Part shown: positions 11,930 through 24,999 of the stretch, one piece after another
How positions within the stretch are numbered: position 1 is the first letter of the stretch
Layout: the number at the start of each line of letters is the position of its first letter
DNA from: Octopus vulgaris
Lineage: Eukaryota
Assembly (NCBI GenBank): GCA_951406725.2
Contig: OX597824.1
Span: 56,234,001 to 56,298,000 of the forward strand
Reading direction: 5' to 3'
Length of the DNA: 64,000 bases
Notes under the pieces: generated by a model
The model's input: the letters and a program-made list of their open reading frames with translations, nothing else
Databases searched by the model: none
Told to the model about the DNA's origin: nothing
Position numbers and translations under genes: made by a program

Positions 11930-13038
11930 GACCCCCCTCTTTCAAATGAGTCCACAACGTACAAGACCTTGGTCCACAGCTTCTTCCCTAACCCAACCTC
12001 CCAACCCAGCTCATTCCACTTCTCCCGCCCACGATGCTGCACTTGCCCTTACCTCTCCAACACCACCCTCCTCACCAGCACCCATCATTGACCCTATCTC
12101 ATCACCAACTCCTTCACCTGCACTTCTACCAATGTCATCTACTGCATCTTCTGCTCTCTCTGCCCTTCTCCATACATTGGGCAAACTTGGTTGACTGGTT
12201 CACGGAACACCTCTGAGACATCCAGCTCGGCAATGACACCCCGGTCTCGTGCCATTTCTGCTCTACTGGTCACTCTTTGCAACACCTGTTTTGTGTTCGA
12301 ATTCTCTTTGCACAGGGGCCATCCAGACTCCCGTTTGCACCGTGAACAGGGATTAATCTTCTCTCTTCGCTCCTTTGCGCCACATGGGCACAACTCTCCT
12401 CCCCTCTTCATCTAACCTCTCCCCCTCACACCTACTTCCACCCACCCCTCCTCTGTTGCTCCGACTCCTATTTCTTCTCTTCACTCCTACTCTCCTTTTC
12501 TTTTCACTCCTACCCACCTTCTCCCTTCACCCCTTCATCATCACCCCCCCCCATGTAAACCCACCCATACACAATCCAACCACACCTCACCCTTGCTTTC
12601 CCCACTCTTGCCTCCCCCACCCCCAACACCATCACACCACCATACCACACAACACTACATCACATCACAATGCACACACTAGAACTGACCACTTCCCAGC
12701 CCCACATACACACACGCACACGTCAAGGTCACCAGCCCTCTTTCACATGCACATACATACTCTCTTGTACACATGCATGCACACCTTCGTTTGGGATCAC
12801 CACTACTTTATTATCTCCCCTTCTTCCTAGCTCTCCTGTGTGACCCCTCTGTCCGGTATTCACCATGATAGATCACTAGCCACTACACATTCTTTATTTT
12901 CTCTCCTTGTTTCTTTCTGTGGAAGAGGGTAGGCTCGAAACATTAAAGACTTCTTCACTTCCCAAGCGTTAAACTAATACATCTGTTTGTTGTCTACGCC
13001 ACCTGTCTTCATCTTTTGTTTTTTTGTGAATTCTCCCT
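11930..13038 (+). mobile_element. Penelope-like (Neptune-like) 3' part: Cys linker, GIY-YIG, C-rich UTR, terminal repeat
   Basis: SRPRCCTCPYL, NSFTCTSTNVIYCIFCSLC..YIGQ, FTEHL, REQGLIFSLRSFAPHG; second copy at 52260-53280. Confidence 0.85.
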
Positions 13039-13064
13039 ATATATATATATATATATATATATAT

Positions 13065-13820
13065 TCTATATATAAAACTGAAATGCGTTTCCACCGCTTG
13101 GATCGCTTTCAAGGCCACTACATCCCGTCCAATTGACTCCAAAATTTACAGGGACATGTAAAATGAGGTGACGATGCCCGTGGGCTACCTTAGAAATCCC
13201 TATCTTAAAAGGTGTCGTTGCTAGGGCCAAAAACCCACTTTGACAAGTCCTCTCTCGTTCTTTAATGTATCTGTCTTCCTCAACTCACTCTCGCTATTTC
13301 CTCTCTTCCCAGCACTTTTTCACTCACTCTATTTCCTACCTTCCCATCACTTCGGCGTTCTTTTATGTATCTCTCTGCATTCATAGAGAGAATTACCATC
13401 GCCACCACCAACACACAATCATGACAACAAATATTATGAATCTCGTCATCGCATTCTATTGTCTGCCTTTCAACGAGCCGATGAAACAAATACAAACAGA
13501 ACACACTAACAAGCGTTCATGTTCTGGTGATAACGTAGGTTTTTCATATCTATTACATTTTAACATTTATTTAGAACCCTGCAAATTTTTCGTGCTAAAT
13601 TTTCATTTTTTACTACTTTATTATTTTTTCTTAAATTGATGCTTTTATTAAAATTAATTCTAATTGTCTGGGTCAACAGTTCGTTTCCTCGGAGGATATG
13701 GAAATTCCTATTACCCGTCAGAGAAATAACTCCAGCAGCTCACAACTATTTGAACAAACACAAGGTTACCTGCTTACCAGTCGAATTCAGCGTCAACGCT
13801 CACGTGTGACAGAGACTCCA

Positions 13821-13853
<33 letters not shown>

Positions 13854-14996
13854 ATGTGTGCATTATGTGGTCGGTTGAGCTGAAAATACGCAGACCTATG
13901 TTAAAAGTGCTGGCAAGTCTGCATGACAACTATTTTTTTCCTCAAATGAAACGCGTGACCTCTAGGACAAAATTCCTCATCTTATAAAATGTGGCCCCAG
14001 TACACCCGAATGAAATTGGGTTATATTAACCAAAATGTGAAAATGGGGCTGGAAGGGGATTAAAATTTAAGGAGCGGGTGTTTAGGAATTCTCTGTTACA
14101 TCAAGCTAAAAAATTTGCGCCAGCCTTTTAATCGTCAATGTGTTGCCGTCCATGATGAAGAAGTTTTGAATGCTTGCTATGGTGAGTCTACTGTCATGAG
14201 AAAGAATCTCTTCAAAACTTGGTGTTTAGGGATTTTCTTTTACATCAAGTTCAAAATATTACGCCAGCCGTTAACTTTCAAAACATTGCTGTCCGTCGTT
14301 AAGAAATGCCAGCCATGGTGACTCTACTATCCTCACATTCTATCCCTTCAAACTTTGGTTTCCAATATTTTATTATTTTTATTCAGCTCGCAAGATCATC
14401 TGTCCTTTTTAAATGTTAGTGTTTTGCTGTCTGCCTTGAAGCAGACCTTTCCGTTGTTACTGCCTGATATTTATGATTGACCTTTCTAAATATTTTATTT
14501 CTCAACTTACTCAAGATCTTTTGTTGTTTATAAATGGGAGAGAGATAGATAAAGATAGAGAGTAAGAGAAAGCGAGGGAGAGTCCGAGAGAAAGGAAGAG
14601 TAAGAGAGTGGGGAAAGTGAGAGAGAAACAAAGAGGGAGAATCATCAGCATCATCATCGTCGTTTAACGTGCTAGCACGGGTTGGGCAGTTTGCCCGGGG
14701 TCTGGGAAGCCAGAAGGCTGCACCAGGCTCCAGTCTGATCTGGCGGTGTTTCTATAGGTGGATGCCCTTCCTAACGCCAACCACTCTGTGAGCGTAGTGG
14801 GTGCTATTTACGTGCCGCCGGCACAGGCAGCGGCCACGATCGGTTGGTGCTTTTTACGTGCCACCTGCACAGAAGCCAGTCAAGGCGGCGCTGCAATTGG
14901 CCATGTTCGGATGGTGCTTTTTACGTGCTGAAAGGAAGCAAGAGAAAGTAACAACCACACTCTTACCCGCGCGTAGAGCGGGTCAACTTCAGCTAG
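13065..14996 (+). mobile_element. Putative non-autonomous Helitron
   Basis: 5' TCTATATATAAAA; 3' hairpin ACCCGC-gcgtaga-GCGGGT then CTAG|T. Pairing of the two ends is inferred. Confidence 0.65.
14641..14930 (-). mobile_element. RTE 3' UTR fragment nested in the putative Helitron
   Basis: (ATC)n followed by the reverse complement of the RTE tail. Confidence 0.8.
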
Positions 14997-15142
14997 TATA
15001 TATATATATTTGGGTTTCGGTGTGTATATATATACATATATATTTATGTATGTATATTAATAGTAACGGTATGACAACAAAAGAATGAATGAGACCTTGA
15101 TATTATGTAAATGGAGGAATTTGTCTGTAATATAATATGTGA

Positions 15143-15980
15143 CACAAGGTGGCAACAAAAATAGTCACCTTGTGCAACAATACACTGGTCCTAGCATTCC
15201 AGCCACTTTTGGAATCCAGCCTGAAAGTCATTTTCTGTAAGTGAGCTGAGGACCTTCTGCAATTCACTCTAGAACTCAATAACACTGTTAAAAGGGTGAC
15301 CTTTGAGCTACATTTTCATCTTGGGGAAGAGCTGGAAATTTGCAGGTGCTAGATCTGACAAATAGGGTGGGTGTGGAAATGATACCATGTTTTTAGTGAA
15401 AAACTCACAAGTGAGGAGAGCTCAGTAACAGGGTGCCTGCATTGTCATCATGTAGAATCCAATTCTCCATGCACTGCAGATCCAGTCGCTTTCACCAAAT
15501 AGCCTCCCTCAAATGCTTCAAAACATTGCAGTAGTACTTGATTGATATTCTGGCCCTGGGGGATGAATTCTTGTTGCACAATACCACATTTGAGAGGTGA
15601 TCTTGCAGATCCTTCATTGTCTTCCAGGGATGTTCTTCCACTTTTGAAGTGCCCAGGCTACTCAAAACATTGCGTACGACGCATTGCTTCATTGCCATAA
15701 GCTTGCCAAAACATGCTCAGCGTCACTATAACAGACTTCCCAAGTTTAACACAAAATTTCCCTGTTGGCTCTTTGTTCCTGTCCATGATAAAATTGCAGA
15801 CTACAGCATACGCATGATCACAAAAACACAAATTTCACAACTTTTGAAGTAAACAGCGATGTCACTCAGCACACTGCCTGATGAAGGTCACTGCTAGTTC
15901 CCACTGCATATGCAAACGAGTCCTGCCATCTGATGGTGCACTACAGAACTCAACTGGGAACTTTTTGATACCACCTTGTG
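15143..15980 (-). mobile_element. Internally deleted mariner
   Basis: Ends CACAAGGTGG...AAAA / TTTTTGATACCACCTTGTG-TA; remnants YYCNVLKHLREAI and a WILHDDN-like motif. Confidence 0.7.
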
Positions 15981-16490
15981 TATATGTATGTGCTTGTAGT
16001 TAGGGATATAGTCCAAGCTGTTTCCTCATGAAGCACACCAGCATATTCCAATACTTCAGAATTGTATGTAGTTGTTATATTTTTGTGACACATGCATAAG
16101 AGTTGAAAAATATTGGAAATTTTTAGTCATTACATATCAAAACATTATGTGTTTCATTTCCTGATACGAGTTACAGAGGTGTACATATAGAAAAAATGTA
16201 TAAGATATCTAGTAGAAATTCATCAGACAGAAAATCTAAATAATACAAAATTTGCATTTAGATGAAACTTTAATTCATAGTCTAAATAATAATCGGGAGT
16301 CATTTAAATAGTTAGGAGAATAGAGTAAAAAAAGTCAAAATAGAAAGAGGGAATTAGAGATAGAGACAATGCATACATATGCATGTATATAAATATATTG
16401 TTGCATTCAACATATACACATATACATACATGCAAATATTTACAAGCCTCCATTTTCAGGGAAGAGATCTATGCAAATATATACATGAAT

Positions 16491-16539
<49 letters not shown>

Positions 16540-17934
16540 AACATGCATACATGTATATAGTCACATGTGAACATACATTAAGTATATGTGTATATACATT
16601 TGTACTCATACATGTGTACATACACACATGCACACACATAATATATACCTATATACATGTGCAGATATACATACATAATCATATGCACAGTAACAAAACC
16701 CCTTCATAAATGTATATAAATACACTTACATAAATTCATACATTATTACATATGCTTTCACTTACATTTAAAGACTCATGCACATTCACGCATCAATATG
16801 TACACAGATATAAGCTAAGGATTTTTCTCATTTTTTAAATCACCTCATTCATTCATTTATCTAACCCATCATACTAACATGTATTATCATAACCTGTAAC
16901 TATTTAATTCTTCAAATAGCCTTCAAACCATAATTCCCTAAAATCTTAGTTCTCTGTCCCTGTTTCATAATGTTTTCACTATTGTTCTCTAAAATTTGTA
17001 TGCATTCTTGTTTTACTTATGTCTCACTGTTGCCATGTCTCTCTTCCCAATGATAGTAAACTGACCATTGCTTGTCTACGATGTGCCTGTCCATTTCTGC
17101 CCCCACCACCTATACCAGAAATCTAATCTTAATACTGGAAACCCCTACAGAAGCTCTGCCTCGCTTCTGTACCAGAAGACATGCGTATCTTCGTCCCTCC
17201 TTCCCTGCCACTAACAATTGCCCACACTACTGCGTGCACCAAAAGGTGATATATTACTTTAGGGAATTATTAGTAAATTAACAAACCACCTACCTGTTTC
17301 TCCCTATATATAATGGACTAACCAATAGCAGATCATATATATAATTAATTAATTTATACACTGACCTATTTATATTTGCAACAGTAATGCTTAGATTTAC
17401 AATGCTACTCACTACCAATAGCGACAACAATTTTAACTTGTTTGAATGATGGTAGGTTAAAGCGAGATCAACTGATGTGACATGTCTGTTACCAAACGAT
17501 TATGGAAGCCTTCTTTTCAGGTGCCCAATACCATCTCTCCTGTCTATGTTCCCTCTCACACCCCTTACCCAGTTCTCAGGGTTGCCACTGTTTGTAGGCA
17601 CAGTGAAAAGTAGGTCTAGTGAGATTGTTGAGCTGCTTGAATGGAGGCATGTTGATGTATGCTGCATCCAAGGGGTAAGGTGGAGAGGAACTTCAGTCAG
17701 GTTCCTCACAGGCAAGACACATAGTTATAAAATCTTCTGGGAAGCTAACAGTGATAGGGTGGTGTGGGCATACTTCTCGCAGAGAAATGGGTGGATAAGA
17801 TCATAGAGGTAATCAGAGTGAGTGATAGAGTGCATAAGCTCATGCTAGTCTTGCAGAATAACATAGTGTCACTTATCTCTGCCCATGCCCCATAAGTAGG
17901 CCTACCAAATGAAAAGAGGACCATTTTTATTATA

Positions 17935-18353
17935 CATTATTTACATTTGACGGTTATTTGTCCTCATCTTGTATCTTGTTGGATTCTCTTTCTATCATCA
18001 TCTCTTGTTATTTTCCTAAGTAATGAAGATAACCTCTCTGATTTTGTTATTTAGTTGATGTTTTTTCCAACGGTTGTAATGGATCCTTTCATGGACGAGG
18101 GCATGTCCTGCCCTTTCCGCTACACTTTATGAATCCACTGGTGGTATTAGCTTTGAGTCTCTACATCTACACAGGAAAGTTAAATGGTTTGAAAGATGAG
18201 CTAGTTTTCCATGGAGTTTCTCTATATGTCTCCATTGAAGTCTAATGTCAGCTCTGTACCAATTAGATAATACAGTTCTATATTTAAGAGATGAGGAATA
18301 TCCTTCAAATGTAAATAATGTTCATAATTCCTCATCTCTTAAATATAGAACTG
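17935..18353 (-). mobile_element. Rearranged PLE fragment inserted in the RTE, with 13-bp TSD
   Basis: CATTTTTATTATA at 17922-17934 and 18354-18366; minus strand encodes HLSNHLTFLCRCRDSKLIP; termini match the terminal-repeat tail at 35215-35265. Confidence 0.8.
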
Positions 18354-20929
18354 CATTTTTATTATATTTTCCTGCAAACTACCTCTAAGACAAATGACAA
18401 GGATCTCATCTTTGTGGCTGGGGACTTCAGTGGGCTTGTCAGACAGCAGCTTGGTATTTTCCATGGTGTACATGGAGTGGGGGCATGGAATTGGTTCACA
18501 AAGAGGGAACAAGACTACTGGAGTTCTGTGATGCAAATAACCTATTGATCTGCAACAGAAACTTCAGGAAGCTGACCAGCCACCTGATAACCTACCAATC
18601 AGGTGGCTACACTCACCAGATCAATTACATTCTCATTAGGCAGCAGGATGCATGGCTGCTCTTAAATACATAGACCCTCCTTAGTGAAAAATGTATTCCC
18701 CAGCATAGACTAGTCATTAGTGATTCTAGACTCTGGGCCAGAAGGATACCAAGAAGAAGACCAGTCTGAAAAAGAAGGTTTTGGAAGCTTAAGGACTCTT
18801 CATGTGTTCAGAGATTTAGGGACATCTTAATTGAGAAATTTGATGAGAGGGAGGAGAAGTTACAAACTTGTGACATAGAGGGCAACTGGGAATTCCTGCA
18901 GGACAGCTTGCTGAGAGCCACAGAGCAAATCTGTAGCTAGTACAAAGTCCCAACCGGACTTAGGGTAACATGGTGGTGGAACAATGCGGTAGACTGGGCC
19001 ATTAGTGCAAAGAAATAGGCCTGGAAGAGTGGGAGTAGTTGGGAACTGTATCAGATAGCAAGGAAGGAAGCTAGCAGACAGGTGTATCAAGCCAAGGGAG
19101 AAGTAGAAAAGAAGAAATTTGCCTATGTTCAGTGGCATGAGGACCAAAGAACTGAAGTATTTTGGATTGCAAGACAGTGTGTGAGAGAAAATTGTGATGT
19201 CATAGGAGAAATGTGTCCGCATGGATGATGGTGCACTTGCATTTAATGATTCTGGCTTGGAAATGCCATTATAAAAAATTGCCGAACGTGGAGAATGAAT
19301 GGGAGGGGAAGAGTCTGCCAAATGTTGACCCAATTGAGGGACCAGTTACCTGAATCAACAGTACCTTGGTAGATAAAGCAATTAAGGATTTGAAGACAGG
19401 GATAGCCCCTAGTCCATCAGAAATCACTGCTGAGATGCTTAAAATCAGGTGGTTCATGAAGGAGTCATACCAATGACTGGTGCAACAGCACCATAGTTAA
19501 CTGCTACAAAGGTAAAGGTGATGCATTAGATACAAATAATTACAGAAGTATCAAGTTGTTGGATCAGGTAATGAAAGTCATGGTGAGCATCATAGCCCAA
19601 CTAATTAGGGAGAGAATTAGTTTAGACGAGATGCAGTTTGGGTTTGTGCCAGGGAAAAGCACCACTGATGCTATATTTCTGGTAAGACAGCTGCAGGAGA
19701 AATTCCGAGCCAAAGATAAACCTTTGTACTTGGCCTTTGTTGAGCTGGAGAAAGCCTTTGACAGGGACCCCTGATCCCTTATCTGGTGGTCAATGTGGAA
19801 ATTAGGGATAGACAAGTGGTTGGTAAGAGCTGTACAAGCCATAAGGTGGGGGTTGGCAATGAGTATAGTGAAGAATTCCAGGCAGAAGTAGGGGTTCACC
19901 AAGGATCAGTCCTCAGCCCCTCTTGTTCATCATAGTCCTCCAGACAATAACAGATGAATTTAAGACAGGATCCCCCTGGGAGCTCCTCTATGCTGATGAC
20001 CTTCTTCTTATAGCTGTATCACTACCAGAACTAGAGAAGTTCCAGGTATGGAAGCAAGGTCTAGAATCAAAGGCCCTTAGAGCTAACCTCGTAAAAACCA
20101 AAGTCTTCGAAAGTAAGAAGGCAGGCAAATCACAAATCCCTTTAGGCCCTGCATGATCTGTAGAAAAGGCACAGGTAGAAACTCCATAAGATTTTGACAC
20201 ATAAAAGGTGCAGCAATATCAGAGGAAGGTTAACAGGAGAAGCTTTTGTATGTGGAAAATGCACAGGTGTAATAAACACTGAAAATGTGCAGAAAATAGA
20301 CTCCATCAACTGCAAGTGGAGGGGAGCAAGCTAGAGGTAGTAACTTCCGTTATCTAGGTGACCAAGTTAGTTGTGGAAGGGGATGCTCTGAGAGTGTAGC
20401 TGTGAGAATAAGATTAGGCTGGGCAAAGTTCAAAGAGCTCCTACCTCTGCTGGCAACTAAGGGCCTCTCCCTCAGAGTGAAAGGCAGATTATATGATGCC
20501 TGTGTGCGAACAGCCTTGCTACATAGTAGTGAAACATGGGCTGCGACAGCTGAGGACATGCATAAGCTTGAAAGAAATGAAGCCAGTATGCAATGTCAGT
20601 GTGCATGTTCAACAGAGTGTAAGCACCTTGAGAGAAAAGTTAGGCATCAGATGTGGTGTAGAAGAGATGACTGCCCTGGTATGGTCATGTGATGCATGTA
20701 GACGAGGACTGCTGTGTAAAGAACCTGTGGTAGAGGAAGACCCAGGAAGCCATGGGTAAAAGTGGTGAAACATGATCTTTGAACTTTGAGTCTCAGAGGC
20801 AATGACTAGTGACTGAGACCTTTGGCGATATGCTGTGCTTGAGAAGACCCGTCGAGCTGAGTGAAATCATAGTCATGGCTGATGTTTGTATTACATAACT
20901 GGCACCCATGCCAGTAGAACGTGAAGAGC

Positions 20930-21230
20930 ACCATTGGAGCATGGGGTCTCATGGAGGCAAAGTGGTTGAGTTCCTTTCAAGCATTGGGCCTCATAGAAGC
21001 AAAAGTGGCTGAGTTCCTTTTGAGTGTTGGGCCTCATGGAGGCAAAGTGACTGAGTTCCTTTTGAACATTGTGCCTCGTGGAAGCAAAGTGACTGAGTTC
21101 CTTTTGAGCATTGCACCTCATGGAGGCAAATTGGCTGAGTTCCTTTCAAGTGATAGTCCTCACAGAGGCAAAGTGACTGAGCTCCTTTTGAGTGTTGGGT
21201 CTCATTGAGACAATGACTGAGACCTTTGGC
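20930..21230 (+). repeat. ~41-bp tandem array (about 7 units) in RTE 3' UTR
   Basis: Unit GAGTTCCTTTTGAGTGTTGGGCCTCATGGAGGCAAAGTGACT. Confidence 0.9.
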
Positions 21231-21610
21231 ATTATGTTGTGGCAGATACCGGTGTCACGCAAATGGCACCTGTGCTGGTGGCACATAAAAGCACCAATTA
21301 TGCCAAATCAGACTGGAGTCTGATGTACCCTTCCAGCTTAGCAGCCCTGGTCAAACCATCCAACCCATGCCAGCAAGGCCAATGGATGTTAATTGATGAT
21401 GATGATATAGATACATTATCTTGACAAGTAAAATAGTATACGGGCAATTTTCAAAACATTGACAAAAATACTTACAAAGGCAAAAGGTAATAAACATATA
21501 CAAATAAACTATACAAACTTGTTAGTATGCCACTACACACTCACTCACACACACACACAAACATACACACACACAAAGTTGTATAAGCATATATATATAT
21601 ATATATATAT

Positions 21611-23780
21611 AGAGGGTCATAAGCCAACTAATTAGAGAGAGAGTTAGTTTAGATGAGATGCAGTTTGGGTTCGTGCCAGGGAAAAGTACCACTGATGCTA
21701 TATTCCTGGTAAGGCAGCTGCAGGAGAAATACCTAGCCAAAGATAAGCCCCTGTACCTGGCTTTTGTTGACATGGAGAAAGCCTTCGACAGGGTCCCCCG
21801 ATCCCTCATATGGTGGTCAATGAGGAAACTAGGAATAGATGAATGGTTAGTGAGAGCTGTGCAAGCCATGTACAGGGACGCTGCTAGTAAGGTGAGGGTT
21901 GGCAATGAGTACAGTGAAGAATTCCGGGTAGAGGTAGGGGTCCACCAAGGCTCAGTCCTCAGCCCCCTCCTATTTATCATAGTCCTCCAGGCAATAACGG
22001 AGGAATTCAAGACAGGATGCCCCTGGGAGCTCCTCTATGCTGATATCAGAACTGGAGAAGAAGTTTCAGGTGTGGAAGCATGGTTTAGAATTGAAGGGCC
22101 TTAGAGTCAACCTAGCTAAAACCAAAGTCATAATAAGTAGGAAGGTAGACAAATCACAAACGCCTTCAGGTAGATGGCCCTGCTCGATCTGTAGAAAAGG
22201 TGTAGGTAGAAACTCTATAAGATGCACCAAGTGTAAGCTATGGACACATAAGAGGTGCAGCAATGTCATAGGAAGGCTAACTAGGAAGATGGTTTTTGTA
22301 TGTGGCAGATGCTCGGGAGCATTAACCTCTGAAAATCTGCAGAAAACAACTTCCGTCACTTTCCAGGGGGAAAAACTAGAAGTAGTTGATAGCTTCCGTT
22401 ATCTTGGTGACCAAGTCAGTAGTGGGGGTGGGTGTGCTGAAAGCGTAACAGCTAGAGTAAGAATAGCCTGGGCAAAGTTTAGGGAGCTCTTACCTCTGTT
22501 GGTGACTAAAGGCCTCTCGCTCAGAGTAAAAGGCAGACTGTATGATGCATGTGTACGAACAGCCATGCTACATGGCAGTGAAACATGGGCCGTGACTGCT
22601 GAAGACGCGTAAGCTCGCGAGAAATGAAGCTAGTATGCTCCGTTGGATGTGTAATGTCAGTGTTCACAGTCGACAGAGTGTAAGTACCTTGAGAGAAAAG
22701 TTGGACCTAAGAGGCATCAGATGTTGTGTGCAAGAGAGACGATTGCGCTGGTATGGTCATGTGGCGAGAATGGATGAAGATAGGTGTGTGAAAAAGTGCC
22801 ACACCCTGGCAGTTGAGGGGACCTGTGGAAGAGGTAGACCCAGGAAAACCTGGGTCGAGGTGGTGAAGCACGACCTTCGAACCCTAGGTCTCACCAAGGA
22901 AATGACCAGAGACCGAGACCTATGGAAGTATGCTGTGCGTGAGAAGACCCGGCAAGACCAGTGAGAACAATCAAAATCAAATCATATATCAGAAAGCAGG
23001 GGTTAAGTGACCCATCCGTTTGTGTCCGCTGTCAGCCTCGTCTGGCACCCGTGCCGGTGATACGTAAAAGCACCATTCGCTCATGGCTGTTTGCCAGTTC
23101 TGCCTGGCCCCCGTGTCGGTGGCACGTAAAAGCACAATCCGTTAGTGTTCGTTGCCAGCCTCCCCTGGCCCTGTGCCGGTGACACGTAAAAGCACCGTCC
23201 GTTTGCCAGCTCTGTCTGGCCCCGTGTCGGTGGCACGTAAAAGCTCCATCCCTTCGTGTCCGTTGCCAGCCTCAGCTGGCCCCCGTGCCGGTGACACGTA
23301 AAAGCACCGTCCGTTCATGGCCGTTTGCCAGCTCTGTCTGGCAACCGTGTCGGTGGCACGTAAAAGCACCATCCGTTCGCGTCCGTTGCCAGCCTCGGCT
23401 GGCCCCCGTGCCGGTGACACGTTAAAGCACCGTCCGTTCGTGGCCGTTTGCCAGCTCTGACTGGCCCCGTGTCGGTGGCACGTAAAAGCACCATCCGTTC
23501 GTGTCCGTTGCCAGCATCGCCTGGCCCCGGGCCGGTGACACGTAAAAGCACCATCCGTTCGTGGCCGTCCGCCAGCTCTGTCTGGCACCTGTGCAGGTGG
23601 CACGTAAAAAACACCCACTACACAGTGGTTGGCATTAGGAAGGGCATCCAGCCGTAGAAACACTGCCAGATCTGACTGGGCCTGACGAAGCCTTCCAGCT
23701 TCACAGACCCCAGTTGACCCGTCCAACCCATGCTAGCATGGAAAGCGTACGCTAAATGATGATGATGATGATGATGATGA
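21611..23780 (+). mobile_element. 5'-truncated, relatively young RTE LINE
   Basis: ORFs 21658-22104, 22037-22612 and 22635-22964 form RT, PHD-like finger and C-terminus (RLRWYGHVARM, RGRPRKTW); (GAT)n tail. Confidence 0.95.
23005..23615 (+). repeat. GC-rich ~60-bp minisatellite (about 10 units, alternating A/B) in RTE 3' UTR
   Basis: Recurrent CACGTAAAAGCACC...GCCAGC...CTGGC units. Confidence 0.9.
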
Positions 23781-23789
23781 TATATATGA

Positions 23790-24240
23790 CTAAGCCAAGT
23801 GGGATTGTAGTCATGGACGATGCTGATGTCACGTAACTGGCACCTGTGCTGCTGGCATGTAAAAAGCACCCTTCAAGCATTGGGCCTCACGGAGGCAAAA
23901 TGGTTGATGCCAGTGGCACATGAAAAATTCCTTTTGAGAGTTGGGCCTCACAGAGGCAATAACAAATGACCAAGACCTTTGGTATTATATCATGCTTGAG
24001 TAGAAGACCCATCAAGCCAAGTAAAATCACAGTTGTGGAAGACACTGGTGTTATGCAAATGGCACCCATGCTGATGGCATGTAAAAGCACCCATTACACC
24101 CTCAGAGTGGTTAGCATTAGGAAGAGTATCCAGCTGCAGAAACTATGCCAAATCAGATTGGAGTCTGATGCAGCCTTTTTGCCAGTCCTGGTCAAACCAT
24201 CCAACTCATACTATCATGGACAATGAATGATGAATGATGA
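23790..24240 (+). mobile_element. Older RTE 3' UTR fragment
   Basis: ttgggcctcacagaggcaat...aaagcaccca...aaccatccaac motifs. Confidence 0.75.
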
Positions 24241-24676
24241 CAATAATAACAGCAACGACAATGTATATACTTTGATACTTTGATACTTTGATAGGTTTCG
24301 GCCATTATTGGCCCAGGCCATGTCTAACTTAATAGCACCACCTATATATATTTGCTTATACAACTTTGTGTGTGTGACATACTAACAAGTTTGTATAGTT
24401 TATTTGGATATGTTTATTACCTTTTGCCTTTGCAAATGTTTTTGTCTGTTAATGTTTTGAAACAGTTATTTTTGAAAGATTCATATCATACTTATTGTTA
24501 TAAGATGTATTTAAATAAGAATTACCAAAATTAAATGTGTAATAATAGTAATAGCAGTAATGAAAGTAACTAGCTGGATTGGTGAAAACTTCACAGAAAA
24601 CAAAAAAATGTAAGCATCTGTAAATTGTGTGCTGGTGCCATGAGAAATGTTTCTATATTGCGACAGTTATAGAATA

Positions 24677-24930
24677 CTAGCAGTGATACCCAGTGTCGCT
24701 CAGGATTAAAATGGCATAGTTTTTTTTATTGTTTTTCTTGTTTTGATCATGTGACTGCGCACATGCTGGAGTACCACATTTAGTCAAAGAAATGACCCCA
24801 GGATTTATTCTTTGTAAGCCTGGTACTTATTCTATCGGTGTGTTTTGCCAAATGGCTAAGTTATGGGGACATAAGCACAGCAACATTGGTTGTCAAGCGA
24901 TGGTGGGGATATGAACACAAACACACACAT
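24677..24930 (-). mobile_element. SINE 3' half fused to a Helitron-type 3' end (hairpin + CTAG)
   Basis: Same junction at 52030-52215 (+); related deleted copy at 39845-39990 (-). Confidence 0.7.
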
Positions 24931-24964
24931 ACATATGTATAGATATTTATATTAATATGTGTGA

Positions 24965-24999
<35 letters not shown>

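Larger units (their letters stand above)
17550..21415 (+). mobile_element. Near full-length decayed RTE LINE (APE endonuclease, RT, PHD-like finger, 3' UTR)
   Basis: VDVCCIQGVRW, VAGDF, QINYIL, QFGFVPGKSTTDAIF, LLYADDL, many stops and frameshifts, (GAT)n tail. Confidence 0.92.

Noticed and set aside
15875-15900. CTGATGA as a hammerhead core
   Set aside because: No stem II/GAAA partner; lies in mariner subterminal sequence.
23005-23615. CRISPR-like array
   Set aside because: The intervening sequences are themselves repeated, it lies in an RTE 3' UTR of an animal genome, and no cas genes are present.
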